DNA of 64,000 nt from an uncultured Solirubrobacterales bacterium (GTDB taxonomy: Bacteria; Actinomycetota; Thermoleophilia; Solirubrobacterales; 70-9): positions 96,024-160,023 of the forward strand of contig CAWCYE010000001.1 in assembly GCA_963799835.1 (NCBI GenBank), in the 5' to 3' direction. The notes under the pieces are model-generated. The model did not search any database and had not been told where the DNA came from. It saw only the letters and a program-made list of their open reading frames with translations. Both the position numbers and the translations under genes were made by a program. Positions 1-11,909 of this stretch are shown here, in pieces. Positions within the stretch are counted from its first letter, which is position 1. Each line of letters begins with the position of its first letter.

Positions 1-858
1 GGCATCAAGGTCGCGGAGGTTCGTCGCCGTGATCTACAAGACCTTGCCGACGAACTGCTGGCGACGGGCCTGTCGGCCGGCACCGTCAGCAACGTTCTCA
101 ATCCGATCCAGGCGTTCTATCGGTGGGCTATCGACCGCGACGAACTCACCTATAACCCCTCCGAGCGGATCGACCTCCCTAACAGGGACTCCAAGCGCCC
201 GAAGCGGATCGCCTCCCCGGAGGAAGCCGCTGCGCTGCTTGCCGCCCTTGACGCAATGGATCGCCCGGTCTGGGCCACTGCCTTTTACGCCGGGCTGCGG
301 CGCGGCGAGCTACAGGCCCTACGCGCCTGCGACATCGACCTTGAGGCGAACCTGATCGCCGTCGAGCGCGGTTGGGATCAGGTGGAGGGAGTGATCGATC
401 CGAAGTCGCTGGCGGGCCAGCGCACCGTCCCGCTACTAGCCGTTTTGCGCGACTACCTCGGCGAGCACCTGTGTAGGAGCGGTCGCAGCAAGGAAGACCT
501 CGTGTTCGGCCGAACGCCTAGGCAAGCGTTCTACGCCTCGACCGTTGACGGCCGGGCGAAACGCGCCTGGAAGGCGGCCAACGATCAGGGGCGGGAATCG
601 GCTGAGGCCGGTGACTACGAGCCGGTGTTGCTCCAGCCGATCACGCTGCATGAGTGTCGTCATACGTTCGCCTCCCTGCTGATCGATTCCGGGGCCAACG
701 CGAAGGCGATCCAGGAGTTCATGGGGCACTCAAAGATTCAGACGACCTTCGATGTCTACGGGCACTTGCTCCCCGGCAGCCATGACGAGGTTCGGGAACG
801 CATGGACGCCTACCTACTAGGAAGCGCCGAGCGCTCTGTGCCGGTTACGTCCGCCTAA
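1..858 (+). CDS. Tyrosine recombinase / phage-type integrase, 5' end cut by the window edge
   Basis: Frame 1 is open from nt 1. The C-terminal catalytic region reads HECRHTFASLLIDSGANAKAIQEFMGHSKIQTTFDVYGHLLPG (the R..HxxR..Y box). A SAM-like N-domain (VSNVLNPIQAFYRWAI) lies upstream of the Met chosen by the ORF track. Confidence 0.85.
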   Translation, partial: GIKVAEVRRRDLQDLADELLATGLSAGTVSNVLNPIQAFYRWAIDRDELTYNPSERIDLPNRDSKRPKRIASPEEAAALLAALDAMDRPVWATAFYAGLRRGELQALRACDIDLEANLIAVERGWDQVEGVIDPKSLAGQRTVPLLAVLRDYLGEHLCRSGRSKEDLVFGRTPRQAFYASTVDGRAKRAWKAANDQGRESAEAGDYEPVLLQPITLHECRHTFASLLIDSGANAKAIQEFMGHSKIQTTFDVYGHLLPGSHDEVRERMDAYLLGSAERSVPVTSA

Positions 859-1265
859 AGCTCGGACGGCGTGAGCACGAAGCCGAGCCGGTCGGCACCG
901 CGGCGCAGCCGGCCATCGACCGTCACAAGGCGGCACTCATTCAGTTTCGCCAAGGCCACATACTCGGCGTCATAGGTCTTGGCCCATCCGAACTCCTCGG
1001 CGATGCGCCACGCTTCCATCGTCAGGTCGGCCGGTTGCCTCTCGACCACCTTGATCTTTTCGGACAGAAATCTCGCGAGGCCCTGCTCTGCGAGATCGAA
1101 CGAGACTTGCCGGCGAAAAGCCATCGCGTGCAGCACCGACGGTACCTCGCTCCAAAGGAGCGGTGGGGCGATCAGTTCCTCTCCGCCGCCCAGGGCAGCA
1201 CTCGTTTTCTCTCCGGCGCTGTCTATCGATAGCTCGACGACGAGACTTGCGTCAACGACGAGCAC
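855..1265 (-). CDS. vapC: PIN-domain ribonuclease toxin (VapC-like)
   Basis: 136 aa. The N-terminus MLVVDASLVVEL has the PIN acidic Asp, and acidic residues recur along the protein. A small upstream ORF lies 5 nt away. Confidence 0.7.
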   Translation of the reverse strand: MLVVDASLVVELSIDSAGEKTSAALGGGEELIAPPLLWSEVPSVLHAMAFRRQVSFDLAEQGLARFLSEKIKVVERQPADLTMEAWRIAEEFGWAKTYDAEYVALAKLNECRLVTVDGRLRRGADRLGFVLTPSEL

Positions 1266-1270
1266 GCCGC

Positions 1271-1552
1271 TCAGTGTTCTTCGCGTGAGCGCCGTACCGC
1301 TGCTGCGACATCAGGCATCGGCTCGCCGGTTAAAGTTTTTCCCCAGCCCTCCGGCAGCGGCACCATCTCTGACTCTGCCTCGGCATCGTCGAGAACGACG
1401 ATCCGCGCACGCGCGGCCTTCGCCTCATCGAGGTCGAGCACGTCGCGCATCAGCTTCTCCTTCGCGGTCACGTCGCCAATCGTACCGGCCCAACCCGCGC
1501 ATCCGAGATAGTCATTGACCCAGCACAGGCAGTGGCGCGTATCGACCTGCAT
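1271..1552 (-). CDS. Putative antitoxin partner of the PIN toxin (start uncertain)
   Basis: Small ORF ending 5 nt before the vapC start, which is the usual TA layout. No recognisable DNA-binding motif could be assigned by eye. Confidence 0.4.
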   Translation of the reverse strand: MQVDTRHCLCWVNDYLGCAGWAGTIGDVTAKEKLMRDVLDLDEAKAARARIVVLDDAEAESEMVPLPEGWGKTLTGEPMPDVAAAVRRSREEH

Positions 1553-1672
1553 AGTCGTGCCTGACTGTGGCACCGACTGTGGCACCGCGGCCCTCGGAGC
1601 GATCCGGGGGCCGCCTTCGTTTGAGGGGCGATGTGCCGCATTCGGCTCTAGAAAGCCCCCACAACAGAAAAC

Positions 1673-1693
1673 GCCCCTCCGGGGAGGAGGGGC
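1673..1693 (-). terminator. Intrinsic-terminator-like hairpin oriented for a minus-strand transcript
   Basis: 8-bp GC stem gcccctcc/ggaggggc with a 5-nt loop. On the minus strand it is followed by GTTTTCTGTTGT. The plus-strand tail is not U-rich. Confidence 0.45.
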
Positions 1694-2086
1694 GCTTCTG
1701 GGGTTACTACAGGGAGGAGAGATATGTATCTCTATATATGTGGATCGGTGGGAGGTAGGTTGAGCCCAGTTTGTGCCGCGGGCGCCCTCGTGGGAAGCGA
1801 GGGGGCCATAGTTACGGCGCGAGGCTCAGCCAAAAAGTCTTTGTCGTGCCTCCTGCATCGGTTTCTCCTTCCGAATCCTTGAACAGCGTACGAACATACG
1901 TGCGATTTGTGTGTGAGAGCGATCACAGAACCCCCTGCATAGGGGGCATGGGCTCGCTTTGGGGCGGCGATGCGAGGTCCGCAGCAGATCACGCCTGAGC
2001 GGGCAACTGGTCAACAAGTTGTTACATCCCGGCCTGAAGAGCGAATAAATACCCCCGGCCGCGGGCCCGCCTGTAGCGTTTCGGCC

Positions 2087-2872
2087 GTGAAGAAGACCCG
2101 GATAGATGCAGTCCTCGCCGATCGCGGCCTGTTTCCGTCCCGCTCGGCGGCGGCCGGCGCGGTGCGGGCGGGGGAGGTGAAGCTCGGCAAGGACGGCCCC
2201 GTTGCCCTTCGTCCCAGCCAGCTCGTCGAGCCCGAGGCCGCGCTCGTCGTCGACCCGGGGCCGCGCTACGTCTCGCGCGGCGGCGCCAAGCTGCAGAACG
2301 CGCTGGAGGCGCTCGGCATCGACGTCTCCGGGCTCGACTGCCTCGACGTCGGCGCCTCCACCGGCGGCTTCACCGACTGCCTGCTGCAACGGGGGGCCGC
2401 CAGGGTGGCGGCGGCCGACGTCGCCTACGGGCAGCTCGATCTGCGCCTACGGGAGGACCCGCGCGTAACCGCGATCGAGCGGCTGAACGCTCGCGCGATG
2501 GAGCCAGCCGACCTGCCCTTCGTGCCGGCGCTCGCCACGGTCGACGTCTCCTTCATCTCCCTGAAGAAGGTGCTGCCCGCGGTGGCGCGGTGCATGGCTC
2601 CCGGCGGCGAGGTCCTGGCGATGGTGAAGCCGCAGTTCGAGCTGGGCCGCGAGCGGGTCGGGCGCGGCGTTGTGCACGACCCCGGCGACCGGCGCGAGGC
2701 GGTCCTCGGCGTCGCCCGGGCGATCGCCGACCTCGGCCTGCCAGTGCGCGGGTTCGCCTCCTCCGGCCTGCCCGGGCCGAAGGGCAACCGCGAGACCTTC
2801 GTCTGGTGCGGGGGTGGGGGAGCGGCCGTGGAGGACCTCGCGGCTGCGATCGAGGCGGTCGAGGGCAAGTGA
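2087..2872 (+). CDS. tlyA: TlyA-family rRNA 2'-O-methyltransferase (hemolysin A family)
   Basis: S4-like N-terminus KKTRIDAVLADRGLFPSRSAA. The motifs YVSRGGAKL and DVGASTGGFTDCLL form the SAM-binding site. FISL and KPQFE are also present. GTG at 2087 is chosen because homology starts there. Confidence 0.9.
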   Translation: MKKTRIDAVLADRGLFPSRSAAAGAVRAGEVKLGKDGPVALRPSQLVEPEAALVVDPGPRYVSRGGAKLQNALEALGIDVSGLDCLDVGASTGGFTDCLLQRGAARVAAADVAYGQLDLRLREDPRVTAIERLNARAMEPADLPFVPALATVDVSFISLKKVLPAVARCMAPGGEVLAMVKPQFELGRERVGRGVVHDPGDRREAVLGVARAIADLGLPVRGFASSGLPGPKGNRETFVWCGGGGAAVEDLAAAIEAVEGK

Positions 2873-3714
2873 AGACGGTGGCGCTGATAACCCACTCGCA
2901 CCCGCCGGCGGCGACGGAGGCGGTGCCGACCCTGGTCGCCGTCGCCCGCGAGCTGGACTGGCGGGTGGTCGCGACAGAGGACGAGCTGGCCAAGCATGGG
3001 GCCGCAGCCGAGGGCATCGAGGTCGGCGGCGATGATGCGTCCGATCCCGACCTCTGCCTCGTCCTCGGCGGCGACGGCTCGATCCTGCACGCGCTCCGCC
3101 ACTTCGCCCACACCCAGGTGCCGGTCTTCGGGGTGAACTTCGGCACGGTCGGCTTCCTCGCCGCGGTCGAGCGCGGCGACGCCGAGGAGGGGATCCGGCG
3201 CGCGCTCTCCGGCGAGATCGAGACCGTCGGGCTGCCCGGGGTGGAGGTGAGCGTGAACGGGACCGTCGCGGTCGGGCTCAACGACGTCACCCTCGCCCGG
3301 CGCCCGCATGACCGGGTGGTGGAGCTGAGCTATCGGATCGCCGGCGAGGAGGTCGGGCACGTGCGCTGCGACGGCCTCGTCGCCGCCACCCCGGCCGGTT
3401 CGACCGGCTACAACCTCGCCAACCAGGGCCCGATCCTCGCCTGGGGAGTGAAGGGGTACGTAGTCAGCTACATCTCGCCGCACTCGCTCACCGCTCGCGC
3501 CCTGGTCGTCGCCCCCAGCGACGTCCTCCACGTCGGCAACGCCGCAGGCCGCGAACCGGTCGAAGTGGCGGTGGACGGCGTGCAGGTCGCCGACCTCGCT
3601 GCCGGCGCGGCCCTGGAGGTCCGCTTCGTCGACGGCGTCGGTCTCCTCGCCCAGCTTCCCGGCACCAGCTTCTACCAGCGGATCCGCGAGAAGTTCGGCC
3701 ACCTCGCCGTCTAG
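2869..3714 (+). CDS. nadK: NAD kinase
   Basis: GGDGSIL, NFGTVGFL and ATPAGSTGYNL motifs. The GTG start overlaps the tlyA stop (GTGA). Confidence 0.9.
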   Translation: MKTVALITHSHPPAATEAVPTLVAVARELDWRVVATEDELAKHGAAAEGIEVGGDDASDPDLCLVLGGDGSILHALRHFAHTQVPVFGVNFGTVGFLAAVERGDAEEGIRRALSGEIETVGLPGVEVSVNGTVAVGLNDVTLARRPHDRVVELSYRIAGEEVGHVRCDGLVAATPAGSTGYNLANQGPILAWGVKGYVVSYISPHSLTARALVVAPSDVLHVGNAAGREPVEVAVDGVQVADLAAGAALEVRFVDGVGLLAQLPGTSFYQRIREKFGHLAV

Positions 3715-3741
3715 GGGGGTCTAGCGGCAGCGAGCTGTAGC

Positions 3742-4332
3742 TTGGGCGCCGTGCCAGGGAGAAATGCATTGCCTCGATGGCTGCGCCCCGTCGCGGTCGG
3801 GTTGTTGGCGTCGTCCTGTCTCCTCGTCGGCGCAGCGGGCGCCGAGGCGAAGCTGGTCTTCAAGCGGCCGAACGGGAAGGTGATCCCGTTCTCCGGCACG
3901 CCGCAGGTGTGGTGCGGGCCCTGGGACTCCGAAGTGGTCCGTCCTGCGATCCATGTCGAACTTGCAGAGGCGCGCGGCGATCGCCTCGTTCGGCTGTGGG
4001 AGCTGGGGGCGTTGCAGGCCAAGGTCAAGGCTGGGACTCGAATCGAGTTCCCAAAGGAATTCGTCTCGAACCGGCCGCTCAGGGCGTTCATGTTCGTCGC
4101 GGTCTCCTCCTCTCATGGCCCGACGGCCGTGATCGAGGCCTCGACGAACGAGGAGGAGGCCTTGGGCTTCATCGCGTTCTCCCAGGTCAGCTGCGAGCTC
4201 GGCGGCGTGGTGGAATTCAGGATCCACGCCCTGCTCGGCAGCGAGTACTTCCAGGGGAATCATGCGCGCGTGAACGGAACCTTCCGCGGCGTGGTCGGCG
4301 AAGCGCCCCCGCCCTCGATTTTCCGCACGTAG
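3742..4332 (+). CDS. Hypothetical secreted protein
   Basis: N-terminal signal-like segment LRPVAVGLLASSCLLVGAAGAEA. No recognisable domain. It sits between nadK and recN. Confidence 0.5.
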   Translation: MGAVPGRNALPRWLRPVAVGLLASSCLLVGAAGAEAKLVFKRPNGKVIPFSGTPQVWCGPWDSEVVRPAIHVELAEARGDRLVRLWELGALQAKVKAGTRIEFPKEFVSNRPLRAFMFVAVSSSHGPTAVIEASTNEEEALGFIAFSQVSCELGGVVEFRIHALLGSEYFQGNHARVNGTFRGVVGEAPPPSIFRT

Positions 4333-4380
4333 CGCGCAATAGCTTGCGGTCGGTCCGCCCCCGTTGCTACACAGACCGAG

Positions 4381-6066
4381 ATGCTGCGCGAGCTTCGGAT
4401 AGAGAACCTTCTGCTGATCGAGAAAGCGGAACTGCGGCTCGGCGAGGGGCTGAACGCGATCACCGGGGAGACCGGGGCGGGGAAGACCGTGCTCGCTCAC
4501 TCGCTCGACCTGTTGATGGGCGGCAAGGCCAAAGCGCAGATCGTCCGGCCTGGCGCCGAGGAGGCCTGGGTTGAGGGGGTATTCGACCTCCCTCCAGGGC
4601 TGCTCGGGGAGCCCGAGTTCGCCGAGCTGGCGGAGCGGTTGCCGGAGGCCGCCGAGGAGGTCGTGCTGGGCCGGCGGGTCTCGGCGGGCGGGCGGACCAG
4701 CGCCTTCGTCGCCGGCCGGGCCGCCACCGCGGCGGACCTGAAGCTGCTCGGCGCTCGGCTGCTCGCCTTCTTCGGCCAGCACGAGCACCGGCGGCTGACG
4801 ATCTCCTCGGCCCAGCTGGACGTCCTCGACGGCTTCGCGGGCGAGGAGCAGCTGCAGCTGCGGCACGCCTACCAGGAGGCCCACCGCGAGTGCGGCAGGC
4901 TCGCCGCCGAGCTGGCCGGGCTGCGCGAGCGCGAGGGGTCCCGGGAGCGCGACCTCGACCTCTACCGCTACGAGCTGTCGGAGATCGACGAGGTGGCGCC
5001 GGTTCCCGAGGAGCGGGAGCAGATCTCGGCCGAGCGCGAGCGCCTGCGCCACGCCGAGGGGTTGCGGGAGGCCGCCGGCGCCGCCCACGCGGGGCTCACC
5101 GGCGCCGAGGAGGACGGCGGCGGCGCGGCCGCGGCCCTGGCCGGGGCCGAATCGGTGCTGCAGGGCGCCGCCGGGCTCGATCCCAAGCTCGACGCGATGT
5201 CCGAGCGGGTCGCTGCCCTCGGGGTCGAGCTGACCGAGCTGGGATCGGAGCTGCGCGACTACGCCGAGGGGATCGAGGCGGACCCTGGCGCGCTGACGGC
5301 GATCGAGGAGCGCCTCGAAGCGATCGACCGGCTCGAGCGCAAGCACGGCGGCAGCGTCGAGGCGGTCCTCGCCCACGCCGAGCGCTGCCGCGCCGAGATC
5401 GCTCAGCTGGAGGGTGCCGAGGAGCGCGGGGCCGAGGCCGAGGCGGCGTTGGCCGAGGCCGAGCGGCGGCGCGAGGAGCTGGGCGAGCGACTCAGCGCCG
5501 GGCGCGCCGCCGCCGCCGACCCGCTCCAGGAGCGGGTCGCGGCGGAGCTGGAGAAGCTCTCGATGGCCGGCGCGACCTTGGAGGTCGTGCTGGAGTCGCA
5601 CCCCGACGGCCACGGGCCCTCCGGGCGCGAGACGGTCGAGCTGCGGATCGCGCCGAATCCGGGGATCGAGCCGGCGCCACTGCGCGACGCGGCCTCCGGC
5701 GGCGAGTTGTCGCGGGTGATGCTGGCGCTGAGTGGCCTCGGCCGCGCCGCCAGCGCCGGAACGGTGGTCTTCGACGAGATCGACGCCGGGATCGGCGGCA
5801 ACACCGCCCGCGCGGTCGGCGAGCGGCTGCGCGCCCTTGGCGCCGACCGGCAGGTGATCTGCATCACCCACCTGCCGCAGGTCGCCTCGCTCGCCGACGT
5901 CCACTTCCGCATCGAGAAGGCCGTCGCCGGCGAGCAGGCGCTTGCCTCGGTCGAGCGCCTCGACGGGGAGGGCGTGGTCGAGGAGATCCGCCGCATGCTC
6001 GGGGGCGCCGCTGGCTCCGAGGAGGCCGCGACCCGGCACGCCCGCGAGCTCCTGGCTGCGGCGTAA
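4381..6066 (+). CDS. recN: DNA repair protein RecN
   Basis: N-terminus MLRELRIENLLLIEKAELRLGEGLNAITGETGAGKT (Walker A), a long coiled-coil middle, and C-terminal SGGELSRVMLAL plus VVFDEIDAGIGG. Confidence 0.95.
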   Translation: MLRELRIENLLLIEKAELRLGEGLNAITGETGAGKTVLAHSLDLLMGGKAKAQIVRPGAEEAWVEGVFDLPPGLLGEPEFAELAERLPEAAEEVVLGRRVSAGGRTSAFVAGRAATAADLKLLGARLLAFFGQHEHRRLTISSAQLDVLDGFAGEEQLQLRHAYQEAHRECGRLAAELAGLREREGSRERDLDLYRYELSEIDEVAPVPEEREQISAERERLRHAEGLREAAGAAHAGLTGAEEDGGGAAAALAGAESVLQGAAGLDPKLDAMSERVAALGVELTELGSELRDYAEGIEADPGALTAIEERLEAIDRLERKHGGSVEAVLAHAERCRAEIAQLEGAEERGAEAEAALAEAERRREELGERLSAGRAAAADPLQERVAAELEKLSMAGATLEVVLESHPDGHGPSGRETVELRIAPNPGIEPAPLRDAASGGELSRVMLALSGLGRAASAGTVVFDEIDAGIGGNTARAVGERLRALGADRQVICITHLPQVASLADVHFRIEKAVAGEQALASVERLDGEGVVEEIRRMLGGAAGSEEAATRHARELLAAA

Positions 6067-6163
6067 TCCTGGCCTGGGGCGCCTTACTCGGCCTATACCC
6101 CGGTAACGCGCCCCGACCTTGCCGTCCCACCGCTCGGTCACATCAAGCCTCTAACCTGAACGC

Positions 6164-7351
6164 GTGGCAACCGCCAGTCGCCGCCGGCTTCCTGCTCTGC
6201 TCGGGCGTCGCAATGGCGCTCGGCCGCAGGCCCCGATCGAAGGCACGGCGCGGCTGGGGGAGCGGACCAAGCACCTGGTCAAGCGCCTGCGCCCCGGTGA
6301 GGTCGCCGTCATCGACCACGTCAACATCGACCGGATCGCCGCCGAGGAGCTGATCGAAGCCGGAGCGGTGGCGGTGCTGAACGCGTCGAGTTCCTCCAAC
6401 GGGCGTTACCCGAACGCCGGGCCGCTGATGCTGGCGCGGGCCGGGGTCCGGTTGATCGACGCCCCCGACGCCGACCTGTTCGAGCGGCTTCATGACGGCG
6501 ATCGCCTGCGGATCGACGGCGGAGCGGTGACGGTCGGCGACGAAGAGGTCCTGCGCGGCCACGTGCTCGAGGTCGGCGAGCTGGAGCGCCAGCTGGAGGA
6601 GCACCGCGAGCGGATCGACGAGGCGCTGGCCGAGTTCGCCGAGAACACCGTCGCCCACGTCCGCCAGGAGACCGACCTCCTCACCGGCAGCATCGACTTC
6701 CCTCCGACGGCCGCCTCCTTTCGTGACCGCCACGTCCTCATCGTCGTCCGCGGCGAACGCCACCGCCGCGACCTGAAAGCGCTGCGCGCCTACATCCGCG
6801 ACATGCGGCCGCTGATCGTCGCGGTCGACGGCGGCGCCGACGGATTGCTGGAGGCGGGGCTGAAGCCGGACGTGATCTTCGGCGACATGGACTCCGCCAG
6901 CGACGAGGCCCTGTGCTGCGGCGCCGAGCTGATCGTCCACGCCTACCCCGACGGTCGCGCCCCGGGCTGCGAGCGGCTCGAGGTGGCCGGGCTCGGCCAC
7001 ACGGCGGTCCCCGCGGCCGGCACCAGCGAGGACGTGGCGATGCTGATGGCGCACGAGAAGGGCGCGGCGCTGATCGTCAGCGTCGGCGCCCACTTCAACC
7101 TGATCGAGTTCCTCGACCGCAAGCGCGGCGGCATGTCGTCCACCTTCCTCACCCGGCTGCGGATCGGCGACAAGCTGGTCGACGCCAAGGGGGTGAGCAG
7201 GCTTTACAACCCCAGCTCGACCCTCGCCCCGGTCGCCCTCTTCGGGGTCGCCTTCGCGATCCTGCTGACGATCCTCGTGATCACCTCGCCGGCCCTCAAC
7301 GACCTCTTCGACCTGGTCTGGCTGAAGATCAGGATCTGGCTCGGTATATAG
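6164..7351 (+). CDS. steA: SteA-like cytokinetic ring protein (thiamine pyrophosphokinase-like domain plus C-terminal TM)
   Basis: TKHLVKRLRPGEVAVIDHVNIDRIAAEELI and VIFGDMDS motifs with a C-terminal hydrophobic helix. It occupies the conserved actinobacterial position after recN. Confidence 0.75.
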   Translation: MATASRRRLPALLGRRNGARPQAPIEGTARLGERTKHLVKRLRPGEVAVIDHVNIDRIAAEELIEAGAVAVLNASSSSNGRYPNAGPLMLARAGVRLIDAPDADLFERLHDGDRLRIDGGAVTVGDEEVLRGHVLEVGELERQLEEHRERIDEALAEFAENTVAHVRQETDLLTGSIDFPPTAASFRDRHVLIVVRGERHRRDLKALRAYIRDMRPLIVAVDGGADGLLEAGLKPDVIFGDMDSASDEALCCGAELIVHAYPDGRAPGCERLEVAGLGHTAVPAAGTSEDVAMLMAHEKGAALIVSVGAHFNLIEFLDRKRGGMSSTFLTRLRIGDKLVDAKGVSRLYNPSSTLAPVALFGVAFAILLTILVITSPALNDLFDLVWLKIRIWLGI

Positions 7352-7395
7352 AGACCGCCCGGCGAGAAGGCTGGTGATCTAGCCTTCGGGCGCCG

Positions 7396-8262
7396 ATGGG
7401 TTACAGCGCGCGATACCACGCCACCTCGCTGATCGCGGTCTTCCTCGCGCTCGCGATCGGGATCCTGATCGGCGCCGAGTTCGGCGGCGACGCCCTCACC
7501 AGTACCCGCCGCAACCTCGAGCACAGCCTGGTCGGGAACCTCCAGGACGCCCGCTCGAAGGCCGACGAGCTGAGCGGGGAACTCGGCCGCTCCGACGAGT
7601 TCGCCGACCGCGTCTACCCGGTGCTGACTCGCGACCGGCTGGACGGGAAGCGGATCGCGATCATCGCCCTCGGCGGCCTGCCGGGCGAGGTCTCCGCCGC
7701 GGCGGAGGATGCGCTCGGGCCGACCGGGGCGAGGCTGGTCGGCGTCGGCGTCATCCGCGAGCCGGTCGACGTCGCCGGCCTGACGGGCGACCTGGCGAAG
7801 ACGAGGTTCGCCGACCTGCGCCGAGACCCCGACGCGCTGAGCGAACTGGGCACCGGCCTGGGGCGCCAAATTGTGGTCGGCGGCACCCTGCCCGAACTTC
7901 TGCGCGGCCACCTGTTCTCGCGCGCGAGCGGCAGCTTCGGCGCCCTCGACGGGGTGATCGTCGTCCGCGAGGACCCGCAGGACATGGGGCCGGTCCAGCG
8001 CGCCAAAGCCAACCAGCTCGAGTCGGCCCTGCTGAGCGGCATCGTCGCGACCCGGACGCCGGCGGTCGGCATCGAGACCTCCGAGGCGGAGGTGTCCTCG
8101 ATCTCCTTCTTCCAGGCCAACGACCTCTCCAGCGTCGACGACGTCGACCTCACCGCGGGCCAGCTGGCGCTGGTCTTCGGGATGCTCGGGGCCAAGGGCA
8201 GCTTCGGGTTCAAGGGCAGTGCCGACCGCCTCCTGCCGGACCTGCTGGCGCCGGGGGGCTGA
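7396..8262 (+). CDS. steB: SteB / MctB-like copper-transporter family membrane protein
   Basis: N-terminus MGYSARYHATSLIAVFLALAIGILIG is typical of the Rv1698 family. Synteny with steA and pyrG supports the call. Confidence 0.7.
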   Translation: MGYSARYHATSLIAVFLALAIGILIGAEFGGDALTSTRRNLEHSLVGNLQDARSKADELSGELGRSDEFADRVYPVLTRDRLDGKRIAIIALGGLPGEVSAAAEDALGPTGARLVGVGVIREPVDVAGLTGDLAKTRFADLRRDPDALSELGTGLGRQIVVGGTLPELLRGHLFSRASGSFGALDGVIVVREDPQDMGPVQRAKANQLESALLSGIVATRTPAVGIETSEAEVSSISFFQANDLSSVDDVDLTAGQLALVFGMLGAKGSFGFKGSADRLLPDLLAPGG

Positions 8263-8280
8263 GCCGTCTGGGTCGGGTTC

Positions 8281-10784
<2,504 letters not shown>

Positions 10785-10802
10785 GCGCATAGCCTTCGGG
10801 CT

Positions 10803-11909
10803 GTGAGCTCTGCGTTGTACGACCGCTTCGTCTCCCTCTGCGAGATCCGCAGCCCTACCGGCGAGGAGCGCGAGGTCGTCGACACCGTCGCCTCCGAGCT
10901 GCGGGCGATGGGACTCGAGGTCTCAGAGGACGGCGCGGCGGAGCCCGCGGAAGCGGGGGCGGGCAACCTGCTCGCCCGGCTGCCGGGGCGCTCCGATCGC
11001 TGGGTGATGTTCTGCGCCCACGTCGACACCGTCCCTCACCGCGGCCGGGTCGAGGTCGTCGAGGACGAAGGCGTGTTCCGCAGCCGCGGCGACACCATCC
11101 TCGGCGCCGACAACAAGGCCGCGGTCGCCGTCTTCATGGAGCTGGCCGCCCGCTTCGCCTCCGAGCAGCCGCCGGTCGGGATCGAGCTGGTGATGACGGT
11201 CGCCGAGGAGCAGGGGCTGCGCGGCGCCAAGGCCTTCGACCTCTCGGCACTGCGCTCGGAGTGCGGCTTCGTCCTCGACCACGCCGGTCCGGTCGGCGAG
11301 GTGGTCGTCTCGACGCCGACCCAGCAGAAGGTCCTCGCCGACTTCGCCGGGGTCGAGGCCCATGCCGGGGTCAGGCCGGAGGACGGCAGCAGCGCGATCG
11401 CGGCCGCCGCGGCGGCGATCGCCCGGATGGAGCTGGGACGGCTCGACGAGGGGACGACCGCCAACGTCGGCCTGATCTCCGGCGGCACCGCGGGTAACGT
11501 CGTCCCCGGGCACTGTGGCATCCACGCCGAGGCGCGCAGCCTCGACACCGAGCGAGCGGCGGAGGTCGCGGGCAGGATCGCCGACGCCTGCGCCTGGGGC
11601 GCGAGCGAGCACGGCTGCGACGTCGACGTGCGGATCGAAGAGCTCTTCCGCGGCTACAAGCTGCCGCCTTCCTCGCCGGCCCTGGCCCTGGCCGAGGCGG
11701 GGCTGCGGGCGGCCGCCCTGGAGCCGGAGCGGGTCGCGATCGGCGGCGGCAGCGACGCCAACGCGCTGCGGCTCGCCGGCTTCGACTGCGTCCTGCTCGC
11801 CAACGGCACCGACAACGTCCACACCGCGGAGGAGATGGTCTCGGCTCACAGCCTCGACACGATGCTCGAGGTCTGCGAGGGGATCGTCGCGGCCGCTGCC
11901 GGCGAGTGA
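10803..11909 (+). CDS. M20-family metallopeptidase (peptidase T-like)
   Basis: CAHVDTV, GADNKAAVA and VAEEQGLRGAK motifs. Confidence 0.8.
   Translation: MSSALYDRFVSLCEIRSPTGEEREVVDTVASELRAMGLEVSEDGAAEPAEAGAGNLLARLPGRSDRWVMFCAHVDTVPHRGRVEVVEDEGVFRSRGDTILGADNKAAVAVFMELAARFASEQPPVGIELVMTVAEEQGLRGAKAFDLSALRSECGFVLDHAGPVGEVVVSTPTQQKVLADFAGVEAHAGVRPEDGSSAIAAAAAAIARMELGRLDEGTTANVGLISGGTAGNVVPGHCGIHAEARSLDTERAAEVAGRIADACAWGASEHGCDVDVRIEELFRGYKLPPSSPALALAEAGLRAAALEPERVAIGGGSDANALRLAGFDCVLLANGTDNVHTAEEMVSAHSLDTMLEVCEGIVAAAAGE

Noticed and set aside
1732-1992. The 86-aa and 75-aa ORFs inside the 500-bp gap before tlyA
   Set aside because: The translations look non-protein-like (Cys/Arg/Pro-rich, no motifs), they overlap each other on both strands, and their starts lack an RBS.
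3721-6141. An 806-aa ORF on the minus strand opposite recN. Similar giant antisense or off-frame ORFs occur at 2425-3702, 7204-8589, 9597-10790, 16916-18604, 29231-31699, 30352-32124, 48932-50506, 54565-56226 and 59550-60881.
   Set aside because: They overlap well-supported conserved genes, are Arg/Pro/Gly/Ala-rich low-complexity translations, and have no motifs. These are the usual stop-codon-poor alternative frames of high-GC DNA.
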